Part shown: positions 34,224 through 43,798 of the stretch, in pieces
Layout of the letters: the number at the start of each line of letters is the position of its first letter
Position numbering within the stretch: the first letter of the stretch is position 1
Source: an uncultured virus (IMG/VR IMGVR_UViG_3300021185_003723)
Lineage: Duplodnaviria > Heunggongvirae > Uroviricota > Caudoviricetes
IMG/VR virus record: IMGVR_UViG_3300021185_003723
Reading direction: 5' to 3' (one strand)
Length of the DNA: 64,000 bases
The notes under the pieces: generated by a model
Told to the model about the DNA's origin: nothing
Databases searched by the model: none
Seen by the model: only the letters and a program-made list of their open reading frames with translations
Made by a program: the position numbers and the translations under genes

Positions 34224-36803
34224 TTATCCGAAGAATTCATCTAGTGTTCCATGGTTATCGTAGTTGATATACCATCCGGTTGCATCGATCACTGGTTTAA
34301 GTGGATCGATAAAAGTCTTTTCAAACTGAATATTGTAGTTAACATATCCGCCAAGACCCAGCTCATTTGGTAAGAAATCAGGAAACGCGATAACATTTTC
34401 CTGCATACGATTTGGTGTACGCAAATAGCAGAATTTAACTTTCTCGCCATCATTGATTTTAGCATATTTCTTACCTAAGTTTAATTTATCAATAAGGTCA
34501 TTATACAACAAAGCGCCGCGAATGTGGATAGGTGTTCCTTGATTATATATCTTTTTACTACGCGTATCTTTGTTAATCCACTTTTGCATTGTACTATTGC
34601 CAAAACCTACGCCGCGCGGAAATGATACAGATTCGGCCGGCAATGATCTGAATGTATTATAAAAGTCAGATATAAAGTCTTGAGTCTTTTTCTCATCGCC
34701 GCTGATAATAACTTTAAATACTTGACGGAACTTTTCGCGCACAACTTCAGGTGTCGAAGACTTGATAGCTTCAATACCCATGATTTTAAGTTTGGGCTCA
34801 GCGTATTGTACACCTTCATTGTTATGTACGTTTAATATGTAGCGCTTTTTAGCAGTCCAGATGCCCTTGTCAGAGATGCCTTCGCGTTCCATGACCATAC
34901 GATTTTTGTAAGCGTTCATGTGAGTAAACAATTCATCATAAGCCGCGTTAAGGTTATCTTGAAAATGTCCACCACAAATTTTATCAAGAAACTTTACAGG
35001 ATCTTTTGGATTTAGTTTTTTTATGAGCGGACCAAAATTGACATAAAGCGAATCAGTATCAATAGCAATAACATAGTCAAAGTTATCAGTGTTCATGATT
35101 TTGTTAAGCTCTTCGTTGATACACCGCTCAGACCATTTAATAGCAAGCTGGCCAGACAGTGTAATACCTTCAGCCATAGCGTGTTCGTAGTATCTAAACC
35201 ATTTATTGCCAAGTGCGCCATAAAGTGAGTTAAGCAAAATCTTAACTGCCATTTGGCGGTTGTTTAATCGGTTTATTTGTTTTTCTATCTCAGGAGTTTT
35301 ATTCTTCTGGTAAGCGCGCTCGGCTGTGAGCATTTCTTGTTTAATTTCTTTACGCTCAGCATAATAACTTTCAATGATAAGTGGAACAATACCCTGAAAA
35401 TCCTTACGGTATGAAGAGCCATTGGCTGCCACAGCTACGTCGTCATCACAGTCGGCAGCGGTATTCATATAATGCTCTACGCCGTTTCTATGTTCTTTGC
35501 CTTGTTTAACTAAGGTTTCTGGTGACATATTATATTGAACAATAAGATTAGGATACAGCGAGTTTAAATCAAACGATACAACCCAATCATGGAGACCTAC
35601 TTGAGGCTCTTTCACATAACCGCCGTCATACTTCTCTTTGATTACGCTAGTATCATTTGGCACTAGTGCTATCTTCTTTTTGTTGAGCTCGCGATATATG
35701 ATTGAATCCCATATAGCCGTAACGCCAAACGTGTCACTGATATTAACGCCGCCTTTGTATGCCATAGTTTGACATAGTTCGATCAAACCCATTTTATCTT
35801 CAATGCGCTGCACAAGCTGAACATCTTTAATGTTATAGTCAATAAACTTTTGGTGATCGTTTTTGTATAGATTAAACAAATCGCCATGTTCTTCATAAGA
35901 AAGCTTACGCTCGTTAAGAACAGTGTAGGCAATTTGATCTAGTTTGTAAGATTCTTGTGGCCCATACGAGTAGCCAAACTTCTTAAACAACTCAAGATAA
36001 TCTGCTTGTTGTATGCCATAGATTTCATAGCCGTGTTGTACTTGTGAGCCTTTCATACCACGAGAAGTATCAAATGGATTTATGATACCAAATGGCGAAA
36101 GCTTAGTCTCATCCATGCCAAGTCGTTTAATACGATTAATTAGATACGGTATATCAAAGAAACGTATATTCCAGCCAGTAAGAATATCCGGCCAGTTGTT
36201 TGTCCAGTACGTTCCAAAGGCGTGAAGTAGATCTTCTTCGCGATCAAACTTGCGATAGCTAATCATATCGCGGCCCATATCTAATTCAGTTTTTGTGTAA
36301 TCATAATCGCCCAAGCCCCAGACTTCGTATACCGAAGACTTAGAAGATTTAAGTGCAATAGAGATAATAGGATGCAGCGCTTCTTCAGGCTTTGGAAATC
36401 CCTGGTCAGACGCAACCTCAATATCAAAGTTAACTACATTAACAAACGAAGGATTAAATTTAATTTCATTTGGGAAGCGCTTCGTGATATATTGCAGATG
36501 ATAGCTTTTGTTGCCATAGACATCTATATACTGTCTCTCTAAATCGCTTGCTGCTATTCTCATCTGAGACATAGTTTTAATGGGCTCACGTTTGCCATTA
36601 TTGTTAGGATTTTTGTATGTAGTAATAGGTGTAACTTGTACGCCGTCACCACCGATCCAACCAGTTTTAGGTTCATCTTTACCAACCTTTTTATAGAGCG
36701 TTGGCGTGAAATATATTTTATCTTGTATTGCCGCGCCTGTATCGTTGTATCCACGATACAAGATTTGGTTTTTACTGCGCTGGACAGATGTATAAAATGA
36801 CAT
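34224..36803 (-). CDS. gp43: family B DNA polymerase
   Basis: FDIEV, GWNIRFFDIPY, SFDLNSLYP, KILLNSLYGALG, IDTDS, AKKRY. Confidence 0.97.
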   Translation of the reverse strand: MSFYTSVQRSKNQILYRGYNDTGAAIQDKIYFTPTLYKKVGKDEPKTGWIGGDGVQVTPITTYKNPNNNGKREPIKTMSQMRIAASDLERQYIDVYGNKSYHLQYITKRFPNEIKFNPSFVNVVNFDIEVASDQGFPKPEEALHPIISIALKSSKSSVYEVWGLGDYDYTKTELDMGRDMISYRKFDREEDLLHAFGTYWTNNWPDILTGWNIRFFDIPYLINRIKRLGMDETKLSPFGIINPFDTSRGMKGSQVQHGYEIYGIQQADYLELFKKFGYSYGPQESYKLDQIAYTVLNERKLSYEEHGDLFNLYKNDHQKFIDYNIKDVQLVQRIEDKMGLIELCQTMAYKGGVNISDTFGVTAIWDSIIYRELNKKKIALVPNDTSVIKEKYDGGYVKEPQVGLHDWVVSFDLNSLYPNLIVQYNMSPETLVKQGKEHRNGVEHYMNTAADCDDDVAVAANGSSYRKDFQGIVPLIIESYYAERKEIKQEMLTAERAYQKNKTPEIEKQINRLNNRQMAVKILLNSLYGALGNKWFRYYEHAMAEGITLSGQLAIKWSERCINEELNKIMNTDNFDYVIAIDTDSLYVNFGPLIKKLNPKDPVKFLDKICGGHFQDNLNAAYDELFTHMNAYKNRMVMEREGISDKGIWTAKKRYILNVHNNEGVQYAEPKLKIMGIEAIKSSTPEVVREKFRQVFKVIISGDEKKTQDFISDFYNTFRSLPAESVSFPRGVGFGNSTMQKWINKDTRSKKIYNQGTPIHIRGALLYNDLIDKLNLGKKYAKINDGEKVKFCYLRTPNRMQENVIAFPDFLPNELGLGGYVNYNIQFEKTFIDPLKPVIDATGWYINYDNHGTLDEFFG

Positions 36804-36827
36804 GTAATACTCCAATGATATAGACTA

Positions 36828-36882
36828 ATTATACCACACAAACATGGTCATGTAAACAAAAAAGAGCGCCGAAGCGCTCTTT
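36828..36882 (-). promoter_or_regulatory. terminator plus early promoter for gp43
   Basis: AAAGAGCGC-TTCG-GCGCTCTTT plus T-run, then TTTACA-17-TATAAT. Confidence 0.8.
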
Positions 36883-36906
36883 AATTATGCTGTCATACTT
36901 AGAACA

Positions 36907-37086
36907 TCACCGTTCACTACGCAGCTTCGCGATTTGCATCATACAGCTCTTCGCTTCCTCTTGATAACCATAACGTGCTAGCTCGGCCGCTGCCCTCGAA
37001 TATCCCACTACTTGGAAAAAACGATCGAATGACGACCACAAACCCGACAATGGTGAGAATACATAGTTGCTTACTAAAACCGTCAT
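36907..37086 (-). CDS. small hypothetical protein
   Basis: TAATG overlap; GYSRAAAELARYGYQEEAK. Confidence 0.65.
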   Translation of the reverse strand: MTVLVSNYVFSPLSGLWSSFDRFFQVVGYSRAAAELARYGYQEEAKSCMMQIAKLRSER

Positions 37087-37340
37087 TAAACCCATCCTTG
37101 CAAATTTTTGTTTACTTTGACGTGTTCAATAGTTGCTTTAGCTCGAGCGATTTCATAGATTTCGCCGCGACTAATACCAATGTCTGCTAAGTCTTTATTA
37201 GATAGTTTGCTTAGAGCCTTTTCAGTTTCACGAATAGCTTTACGTTCTACCCGTGCGTTGTATACGCTTTTCAGCGCTTCGATGATTAGTTCAATTGCCC
37301 GTGTTGAATAACTATGGGCGGTTAGTATCGCTTGTGTCAT
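37086..37340 (-). CDS. DUF1127 (YjiS-like) protein
   Basis: TEKALSKLSNKDLADIGISRGEI; GAGG RBS. Confidence 0.85.
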   Translation of the reverse strand: MTQAILTAHSYSTRAIELIIEALKSVYNARVERKAIRETEKALSKLSNKDLADIGISRGEIYEIARAKATIEHVKVNKNLQGWV

Positions 37341-37761
37341 TTTGTTTCCTCGTTTGACCAATGTTGATTTTACGAGGACGCATTTCTTCTGGTACTTCAT
37401 ACTTCAATTTAATTGCAAGTACGCCGTCCTGAATATCTGCTCCATGCACTGCTACGTGCTCGGACAGCCTAAAGGTTCGTTTAAATTTCTTTGTTGAAAT
37501 GCCACGATGGATAAATTCTCTCCCTTTAGACACGTGTTCACCTTTAACAGTCAAAGTGCGATCCTTGACTTCCACATTGATTTCATCCTGAGAGAAGCCT
37601 GCAATTGCAAGTTCAATTAGGTAATCGTTCTCATCTTCTTTAATAATATTGTGAGGGGGATAGTGGTCATTTGAATGTTTAGCTGTATATTCTAGCTCAT
37701 TAAACAAATGGTCAAACCCAACAAAAGATGATCGTGGGAATAGTGAGTGTAAGCCTGTCAT
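37312..37761 (-). CDS. hsp20: small heat shock protein (Hsp20/IbpA-like)
   Basis: VGFDHLF, YPPHNI, IELAIAGF, HRGISTKKFKRTFRL, DGVL. Confidence 0.95.
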   Translation of the reverse strand: MTGLHSLFPRSSFVGFDHLFNELEYTAKHSNDHYPPHNIIKEDENDYLIELAIAGFSQDEINVEVKDRTLTVKGEHVSKGREFIHRGISTKKFKRTFRLSEHVAVHGADIQDGVLAIKLKYEVPEEMRPRKINIGQTRKQNDTSDTNRP

Positions 37762-37765
37762 GTTT

Positions 37766-37817
37766 ATCTCCTTATGCAAGCAAGATTATAGTGTCGAGCC
37801 GGATTATTCCGCGCTCG
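37766..37817 (-). promoter_or_regulatory. ROSE-like RNA thermometer
   Basis: AUCUUGCUU-GCAU-AAGGAGAU hairpin with bulged G pairs with the SD; second hairpin upstream. Confidence 0.7.
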
Positions 37818-37820
37818 TAC

Positions 37821-37853
37821 TATTTATATAGTAGCTGCTATGTCAAATGTACA
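37821..37853 (-). promoter_or_regulatory. overlapping early and late promoters for hsp20
   Basis: TGTACA-17-TATATA overlapping TATAAATA; inverted repeat GCTATGT-N7-ACATAGC over the -35. Confidence 0.6.
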
Positions 37854-37864
37854 TAGCCGCTATG

Positions 37865-38380
37865 CTATTTATTTTCTGGATTGAGGGATCTTTTCCACTC
37901 GATTCCATAATCTTTCTGATACTGTTCATGCTGCCCAATGGCTTTCTTAAAATTCAGCCAGCGGTCGTCGATTGATATCATTCGGTAATTATCTAAGTCT
38001 ACATTATATATTTTGGATGTATCTCTTTCAGTGATATAATTATTTTGGTTATAATCAGCAAACGAGTATTCATTGTCAGGATCATTGATACGATCTACAA
38101 CATATTGTCTAATTACAATTAATTCTTCGCGATTGACATATCTGCCTTTAATATATTCTGTAGTCAGTAGCAGCGTAACATCGTCAATCTGCTCAACGCT
38201 ATAGTTTGGAATAAAAACACGACCAAAGTCTTCGTCACGCAATTTATTAAGTAATCCTAAAGCCCAATTTGCGCTTTGGGCGTCAACATATCGCATTTCC
38301 TTAGATAATGTAAACTTTGTCCATTTAGTTGTCACATCAATTGTGTTTTTTGGTTTATTGCCATATTCACGCACGTTCAT
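37865..38380 (-). CDS. hypothetical protein with kinase-like motifs
   Basis: TEYIKG...ADYNQNNY...IYNVDLD resembles a kinase hinge, catalytic loop and metal-binding Asp. Confidence 0.55.
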   Translation of the reverse strand: MNVREYGNKPKNTIDVTTKWTKFTLSKEMRYVDAQSANWALGLLNKLRDEDFGRVFIPNYSVEQIDDVTLLLTTEYIKGRYVNREELIVIRQYVVDRINDPDNEYSFADYNQNNYITERDTSKIYNVDLDNYRMISIDDRWLNFKKAIGQHEQYQKDYGIEWKRSLNPENK

Positions 38381-38790
38381 TATTTGTTTCCTATGTTATA
38401 CTTTGGACAAAGCTCCCATTGTTCCTTTTCTTTAAATGGGATAATTTTAATTTGGCGCAAAGGGGCAAGCGGTTTAGCCTGCTCTAAATTCTGGATTTCA
38501 ATTAAGCCCCAGTCTGACATAAGAGTAGAAATAGTATTTCTTCGAGCAACATCATTTTCTTCTAAGTTTGCTTTCTTTCCGTCAAGCAGAAATAGCTCTT
38601 TAAAATGTACAATGAAATATCGCCCTTGCTTATGCAAGATATGACATGATTGAAATAGTTTGCGTTCTTTGCGGGATGCAACGCCTATACGTGTAAGCGT
38701 TTCTCGAACCTTAAGAAAATCATCTGGTTCGCTAAGAGTTACTTCCAGCATAGTCGCTGGGGTCCACTCTACTATATTACTTTCTTCCAC
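38380..38790 (-). CDS. regA: translational repressor RegA
   Basis: PDDFLKVRETLTRIGVAS, QSCHILHKQGRYFIVHFKELF. Confidence 0.97.
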   Translation of the reverse strand: MEESNIVEWTPATMLEVTLSEPDDFLKVRETLTRIGVASRKERKLFQSCHILHKQGRYFIVHFKELFLLDGKKANLEENDVARRNTISTLMSDWGLIEIQNLEQAKPLAPLRQIKIIPFKEKEQWELCPKYNIGNK

Positions 38791-39157
38791 CTGTGTTAAC
38801 CTTCTTCTTTAACCCATCGATTTGCTCGGGCGACAGAAGAGATAATACTTGGCGGGCTTTTTCATTGCTGTACCCATAGTATAGTTTAATCACTTCAATG
38901 TCACTCTCAATATGAGGTTTTAACCATTTAGAGAAACGCTTTCGTTTCCTAACCATATTTATAAGAAAGTCATTTTGCAGTTTATTATCGAGGTGGTGGT
39001 ACCTGTTCATTTCATTTGCAATAACCACAGTGTCCTGAAAATAAGATAGACCACGATTTACCATAAATGAGTTGTATTGCTTTTCAGTTATATCGTCAAC
39101 AATCAAGTCTTTTTTTGAAGTGTTGATAGCAGTTAAGAAATCAAACGGCGACATCAT
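38777..39157 (-). CDS. gp62: clamp loader small subunit
   Basis: FMVNRGLS, ANEMN, KRKRFSKW, YYGYSNEKA. Confidence 0.93.
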   Translation of the reverse strand: MMSPFDFLTAINTSKKDLIVDDITEKQYNSFMVNRGLSYFQDTVVIANEMNRYHHLDNKLQNDFLINMVRKRKRFSKWLKPHIESDIEVIKLYYGYSNEKARQVLSLLSPEQIDGLKKKVNTGGRK

Positions 39158-39899
39158 TAAGCCTTTCTAATATTTCATACGTGCGTGAAGGGCTTGAAAC
39201 GTGCCAATAGTTATCCTGGACACGCCCCTGAGCTTCCATAGCTTGAACAAACGGATAATCGTTTTCACCAGGCAAGCAATGGTCTCCAAAGTATATAATA
39301 CTATTATACACTGGTAATAGCTTTCTGTACACCTGAGATTTGTCCATATCTAACATTGTTATGTCTAAGCCAGTTTCACCAGCAACAGCTGATTTAAAAT
39401 CAAAGACACCAAACTGTTCATTGAACAACGCAGATAGATGTTCGCGATCTTTGTTTGCTTTGTCAAACTCCACATACTCACGCCGCTGAGCATTAGTGCA
39501 ATTGCGGCCAGGAATAGAAAAGTTTATAAGACCAGATCGTATTTCAACATGGTTTCCAGTTTTTATAGGGCACTGGCTACGATGTAGCATATCATTAAAC
39601 CAGTCAAACATCTGTGAAGTCTGCTGAATATTGTTTGAATATATTTTTTTACCTTGGACCCATAATTCATTGCCACTACACTGATAACTGCCCATACACA
39701 ATTCGTCGTCCTGCAGGCCGTTAAGTTGCTCGTCAGTCTTTTCGTAGTCAGAGCCTGTAACAATATAGACGTCATGTGCTGCCATAAACTGATATAGAAT
39801 ATTAGCATGATCTTCATCTATTTTTTGTCTGGCATCAGTCAGCGTGCCGTCAACATCAAACACGTATGCAACATCAGAGGTCAAAGTCAATTCCACCAT
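39141..39899 (-). CDS. HAD IIB phosphomannomutase-like protein
   Basis: FDVDGTLT, VTGSDY, EIRSGLINFS, YFGD...GENDY. Confidence 0.8.
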   Translation of the reverse strand: MVELTLTSDVAYVFDVDGTLTDARQKIDEDHANILYQFMAAHDVYIVTGSDYEKTDEQLNGLQDDELCMGSYQCSGNELWVQGKKIYSNNIQQTSQMFDWFNDMLHRSQCPIKTGNHVEIRSGLINFSIPGRNCTNAQRREYVEFDKANKDREHLSALFNEQFGVFDFKSAVAGETGLDITMLDMDKSQVYRKLLPVYNSIIYFGDHCLPGENDYPFVQAMEAQGRVQDNYWHVSSPSRTYEILERLNDVAV

Positions 39900-40131
39900 C
39901 TACTCCTGTCCACTCTACTTCTGATACACGTTCGACAAGTTGAGCCTTAGTAAGATCAGTGCTGTGACCACGTTGGATATCAAAACTATAATAATATAAT
40001 TGAGGATACGTTTTGTGATTATGTGGTAGTGGCTCGTTATTTTTTTTAACGTACTCTACGTTCCACTCAATAAGCTTTTCTTCAAGCATATGACAGTAAA
40101 CGCAGTTATCTTTTGTATATAAAGTTAGCAT
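39874..40131 (-). CDS. glutaredoxin-like protein
   Basis: YTKDNCVYC, TYPQL. Confidence 0.75.
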   Translation of the reverse strand: MLTLYTKDNCVYCHMLEEKLIEWNVEYVKKNNEPLPHNHKTYPQLYYYSFDIQRGHSTDLTKAQLVERVSEVEWTGVDGGIDFDL

Positions 40132-41066
40132 TAATTAAACTCCACGTTTGACATAATTTCGGTCATGCACGCTACGACGTTCAACTCATGATCTGCAACA
40201 AAGGCATTTTTATATTGATAATCTGCTAAGATTAGCACTACTCCTGGAATACAGTGAGGCGCAATATGCTCGCCCATGGCGTCATAGACGTTACGGAAAA
40301 TAGCAGATGCATCAACATCCATATGGTTAGCAACCCAAGATCGCATCTTCTTAAAGTCTTTTGCCTTAAGCGTATTTATTAGATCAGAAATGTTTCCTGA
40401 ATCATCAATAGAAGTATGCATAATGTTGTTGCCATGAACAGATTGCCGTTGCGCCTCATTTAAAACTCTCCTCCAGTCAGGTGCAAATTTCAATACTAAA
40501 TCGGCCGCGGCTTTTTCATCAGCTGCGATGCCTTCGCTTTTAAGAACACCAAGTAAACGTTGATGAAAAAGGCCAGCTAGTTGTGGCATGTTTTTCTTGG
40601 ATGTGTTAAACTCATATACGCCACAACGTGAATGTAGTGGTTCAATGATACGATTCTTAAAATTACAAGTAAGAATAAACCGGCAATTGCTGCTAAACTC
40701 TTCTATAAAGCCACGCAGTGCAGGTTGTGTTGATTGTGGATTTAGATAATCGGCTTCATCAAGTATCACTACTTTATAACCACCTTGCAAAGAAACAGTC
40801 GATGCAAATTGTTTTATCTTACCACGAAGTGTGTCAATGTTTCCGTCTTCAGAACCATTGATTATAATGTAATCAAGCTCAAGCTCTTTGCACAGAGCCT
40901 TTGCAACAGTTGTTTTACCTAAGCCTGCTGTACCAGTGAGAAGCATATTAGGCAGCTCACCAGTATCAACAATAGCTTGGAAGGTTGTTTTAATATCTTT
41001 GGGTAAGATACATTGAGATATTTTTGTGGGCCGATACTTTTCGACCCAGAGATATTCATTAGACAT
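40131..41066 (-). CDS. gp44: clamp loader large subunit
   Basis: LWVEKYRP, GTAGLGKTT, ILDEADY, PLHSRC. Confidence 0.95.
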   Translation of the reverse strand: MSNEYLWVEKYRPTKISQCILPKDIKTTFQAIVDTGELPNMLLTGTAGLGKTTVAKALCKELELDYIIINGSEDGNIDTLRGKIKQFASTVSLQGGYKVVILDEADYLNPQSTQPALRGFIEEFSSNCRFILTCNFKNRIIEPLHSRCGVYEFNTSKKNMPQLAGLFHQRLLGVLKSEGIAADEKAAADLVLKFAPDWRRVLNEAQRQSVHGNNIMHTSIDDSGNISDLINTLKAKDFKKMRSWVANHMDVDASAIFRNVYDAMGEHIAPHCIPGVVLILADYQYKNAFVADHELNVVACMTEIMSNVEFN

Positions 41067-41091
41067 AGTTTAACCCTCATTATATAAAGTA

Positions 41092-41120
41092 ATTGTATCA
41101 CGGTTGGGTGGGTTTGTAAA
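41092..41120 (-). promoter_or_regulatory. early promoter for gp44
   Basis: TTTACA-17-TACAAT. Confidence 0.7.
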
Positions 41121-41351
41121 CTATGCTTGAGCCTGCTCTTGCTGGTAATTTTCGGCCATTTGGATAATAGACACACATTGGTCGCGTAGCTGACCAATAG
41201 TTGAAAGCTCTTCGCCTTTGAAGGCACCGCGTTGTGTCATAGTATCAATGACTGCAATCATGCTTCGAGAGGCTCGATTGCTTGTTTCATAAATTTCGGC
41301 GTTAGGATCTTCTACTGCCTCGGTTTCAGTTGCTGCTGGTGCATCGACCAT
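41121..41351 (-). CDS. hypothetical protein
   Basis: IDTMTQRGAFKGEEL; GGAG RBS. Confidence 0.7.
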   Translation of the reverse strand: MVDAPAATETEAVEDPNAEIYETSNRASRSMIAVIDTMTQRGAFKGEELSTIGQLRDQCVSIIQMAENYQQEQAQA

Positions 41352-41354
41352 TAT

Positions 41355-42029
41355 TTAAGCTCCGTATGTTGATGTTTTTTCAAGAGCAATCCAGTATTGG
41401 ATGCCTGATTCTTTGTTAACAAAATGTGAAATAAGTTTAGACGAAATACTTACATTATAATCACCTGGTACCATTTTTAGATTACCAATGTTCATAATAA
41501 AATTAAATTTTTCATCGGCGAAGTCCCCATCTAAATCAATAGAGAAGGCGTTAGAGGTTGCGTTCTGACTATCTATAACAGTCATTGAAAGCTTACCTCC
41601 ATTTCCAGTGATGGAAAGTTCTGTGTGGCCTAATGTTGATGCCGCTCGTTTAATTCGGTTTAATGTATCATTGTCGAGCGAGAAATTAACATCTGCCGAC
41701 GGCATGACTACCTCTTTCTTTGGCGTAGTTAGCATTTCAGTATCTGAGAAGAAATACTTAATGCGCGATGTAGCTTGATTATTACTCACTAAAACATAGT
41801 CTTCAGTGAAGGTAAGCGTTGGATCATTCACAAGCGAAACTACACCAAGAAACTCATTGAGGTCATAGATGCCAAACCGCTGTGGAAAATCATTATCAAG
41901 AGTAGCTGAAGACATGACATTGCGTGCTTCAGTCATAGTCTTAATTTTATTACCTGCCTCAATTACGATGTTAGGATTAATGCCTGCGTAATTTTTTAGG
42001 ACAGAAATAGTTGACTCTTTCAGTTCCAT
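41355..42029 (-). CDS. gp45: sliding clamp
   Basis: LKNYAGIN, FGIYDLNEFL, YWIALE. Confidence 0.95.
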   Translation of the reverse strand: MELKESTISVLKNYAGINPNIVIEAGNKIKTMTEARNVMSSATLDNDFPQRFGIYDLNEFLGVVSLVNDPTLTFTEDYVLVSNNQATSRIKYFFSDTEMLTTPKKEVVMPSADVNFSLDNDTLNRIKRAASTLGHTELSITGNGGKLSMTVIDSQNATSNAFSIDLDGDFADEKFNFIMNIGNLKMVPGDYNVSISSKLISHFVNKESGIQYWIALEKTSTYGA

Positions 42030-42054
42030 AATATACTCCGTTGTTATATGGTCT

Positions 42055-42083
42055 ATTATACCATAGCTGTTTCAAGTTGTACA
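42055..42083 (-). promoter_or_regulatory. early promoter for gp45
   Basis: TGTACA-17-TATAAT. Confidence 0.75.
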
Positions 42084-43798
42084 CTGCTAATTTTGCTAAA
42101 GTTCTTTTCTTTTGCAAACTCAATTTTCTCTTTAAATTTGCCGTCTAAAATCTCACCTTTGTGTGAAATGATAAATGTATTAGTTGCTTCATCCAATGTG
42201 TACAAGATTTTAGTCAGATTATCTACACCATCATGATCTAAACTAGAATCAAACGTCTCGTCCAATATTAATAGATTTGTTGCAACTGAATTCTTCATCT
42301 TAGCAATCATCCGCCAAGTAAATAAAAGTGCCAAATCGATGCGTTGCTTTTCGCCTTCAGAAAACGAGTCATACGAGAAAGTATCACGATGACGAGATTT
42401 AATTGTTTCTTTAAAACTCTCGTCAAGATCAAAGCTCACATAAAAGTCTAACACTTGTAAGTATTGATTTACTAATTGATTGATAACCGGAATATATTGC
42501 TTGATTATCTTAGTCTTAATTCCAGTGTCCTTTAACATTTCAGACATAACGGTATTGTATGCCCAGTCGTCACTAATAGATGCTTTGGTTTCTACTAACT
42601 CTTCTTTTTTAGAGTGCATGTCAATCAAGTCTGCATTAGCACCGCTAAGATCACCTTCGCGACCCTGCAGCCTTAATATGTCATTAGTCAGTGACTTAAT
42701 TTGATTTTGCAAGGTTTTTATTGCTTGGTTGTTGCCATTAATTTTGCTCTGATTTGTTCTAAGCTCTTCGGCTATTGCGCCTGTAGCATCTAACATATCT
42801 TGTACTACTTGTGCCTTAGACGAAAGTGTTTCACCGTCTGCTGCTAAAAGCCGCGCTTGCTCTTTGAGGTCGGCGACCTTTTTTTCTTTAAAGTTAACTT
42901 CGATTTTTTGAGTGCACGTCGGGCATTCATCGTTGTCGGCATAGAATTTTGAATCTTTAACAATAGCTTTAATGCGCTGCGACTGTTCAGCCTGAGTGTG
43001 CAAAATGACCTGCTTTTCGTTGTTGCCGATTCTGAGCTGCTTTTTGACCTCTTCGGCATTTGCTTGAATAAACTCTGACAATTCTTGATTACTATGCTGT
43101 AATGCACCGATCTCTTTTTGTACAGATTCGATTTTGGTTTTCTTTTCATTGATCTCTGTTTCATTGATCTGCGCAATATCGCGAATATATTTTTGCTGGG
43201 CTTCAATTTTATTTTTTAATATATCAAGATTATAACCATTATCTTTTAATCTGTCTTTGAGTATAGAAGTCTTCTCTTTTACAATGCTGCTCATTTTAGA
43301 GAATACATTAATATCCAATAAGTCTTCAATTACCTCACGGCGGTTACCACCAGCCAACTGCATAAACGGCACAAATGAGCTACTACCAAGAACTACAATC
43401 TGATGAAAAGATTTATGATTTAACTTAATGATGTTCTGCTCAAGTATCTTTTGATACTCAGTGGCATGTGCATTTTCATTAATCATCACACCGTTTTTCC
43501 ATATTTCGAATACAGCTGGTTTAATACCACGCACGACTTTATAGTTAGCAGAACCATTGCCAAATTGCAACTCTACACGACAGTCTTTGTTATTAATCGT
43601 ATTAACTAGTTGTGGCTTATTAATGTTGCGATGTGGTTTACCAAACAATGCAAAAGATAGCGCATCTAATATAGTAGATTTGCCAGCTCCGTTCGCACCG
43701 ACAATAAGAGTAGATTTAGATTTATCTAGCTGAATTGTTGTCCAGCTGTTACCAGTGGACAAAAAGTTCTTATATTTTATTTGTTTAAAAACAATCAT
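42056..43798 (-). CDS. gp46: Rad50-like recombination ATPase
   Basis: GANGAGKST, CPTC zinc hook, FSEGEKQRI, LILDETFD. Confidence 0.95.
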   Translation of the reverse strand: MIVFKQIKYKNFLSTGNSWTTIQLDKSKSTLIVGANGAGKSTILDALSFALFGKPHRNINKPQLVNTINNKDCRVELQFGNGSANYKVVRGIKPAVFEIWKNGVMINENAHATEYQKILEQNIIKLNHKSFHQIVVLGSSSFVPFMQLAGGNRREVIEDLLDINVFSKMSSIVKEKTSILKDRLKDNGYNLDILKNKIEAQQKYIRDIAQINETEINEKKTKIESVQKEIGALQHSNQELSEFIQANAEEVKKQLRIGNNEKQVILHTQAEQSQRIKAIVKDSKFYADNDECPTCTQKIEVNFKEKKVADLKEQARLLAADGETLSSKAQVVQDMLDATGAIAEELRTNQSKINGNNQAIKTLQNQIKSLTNDILRLQGREGDLSGANADLIDMHSKKEELVETKASISDDWAYNTVMSEMLKDTGIKTKIIKQYIPVINQLVNQYLQVLDFYVSFDLDESFKETIKSRHRDTFSYDSFSEGEKQRIDLALLFTWRMIAKMKNSVATNLLILDETFDSSLDHDGVDNLTKILYTLDEATNTFIISHKGEILDGKFKEKIEFAKEKNFSKISSVQLETAMV

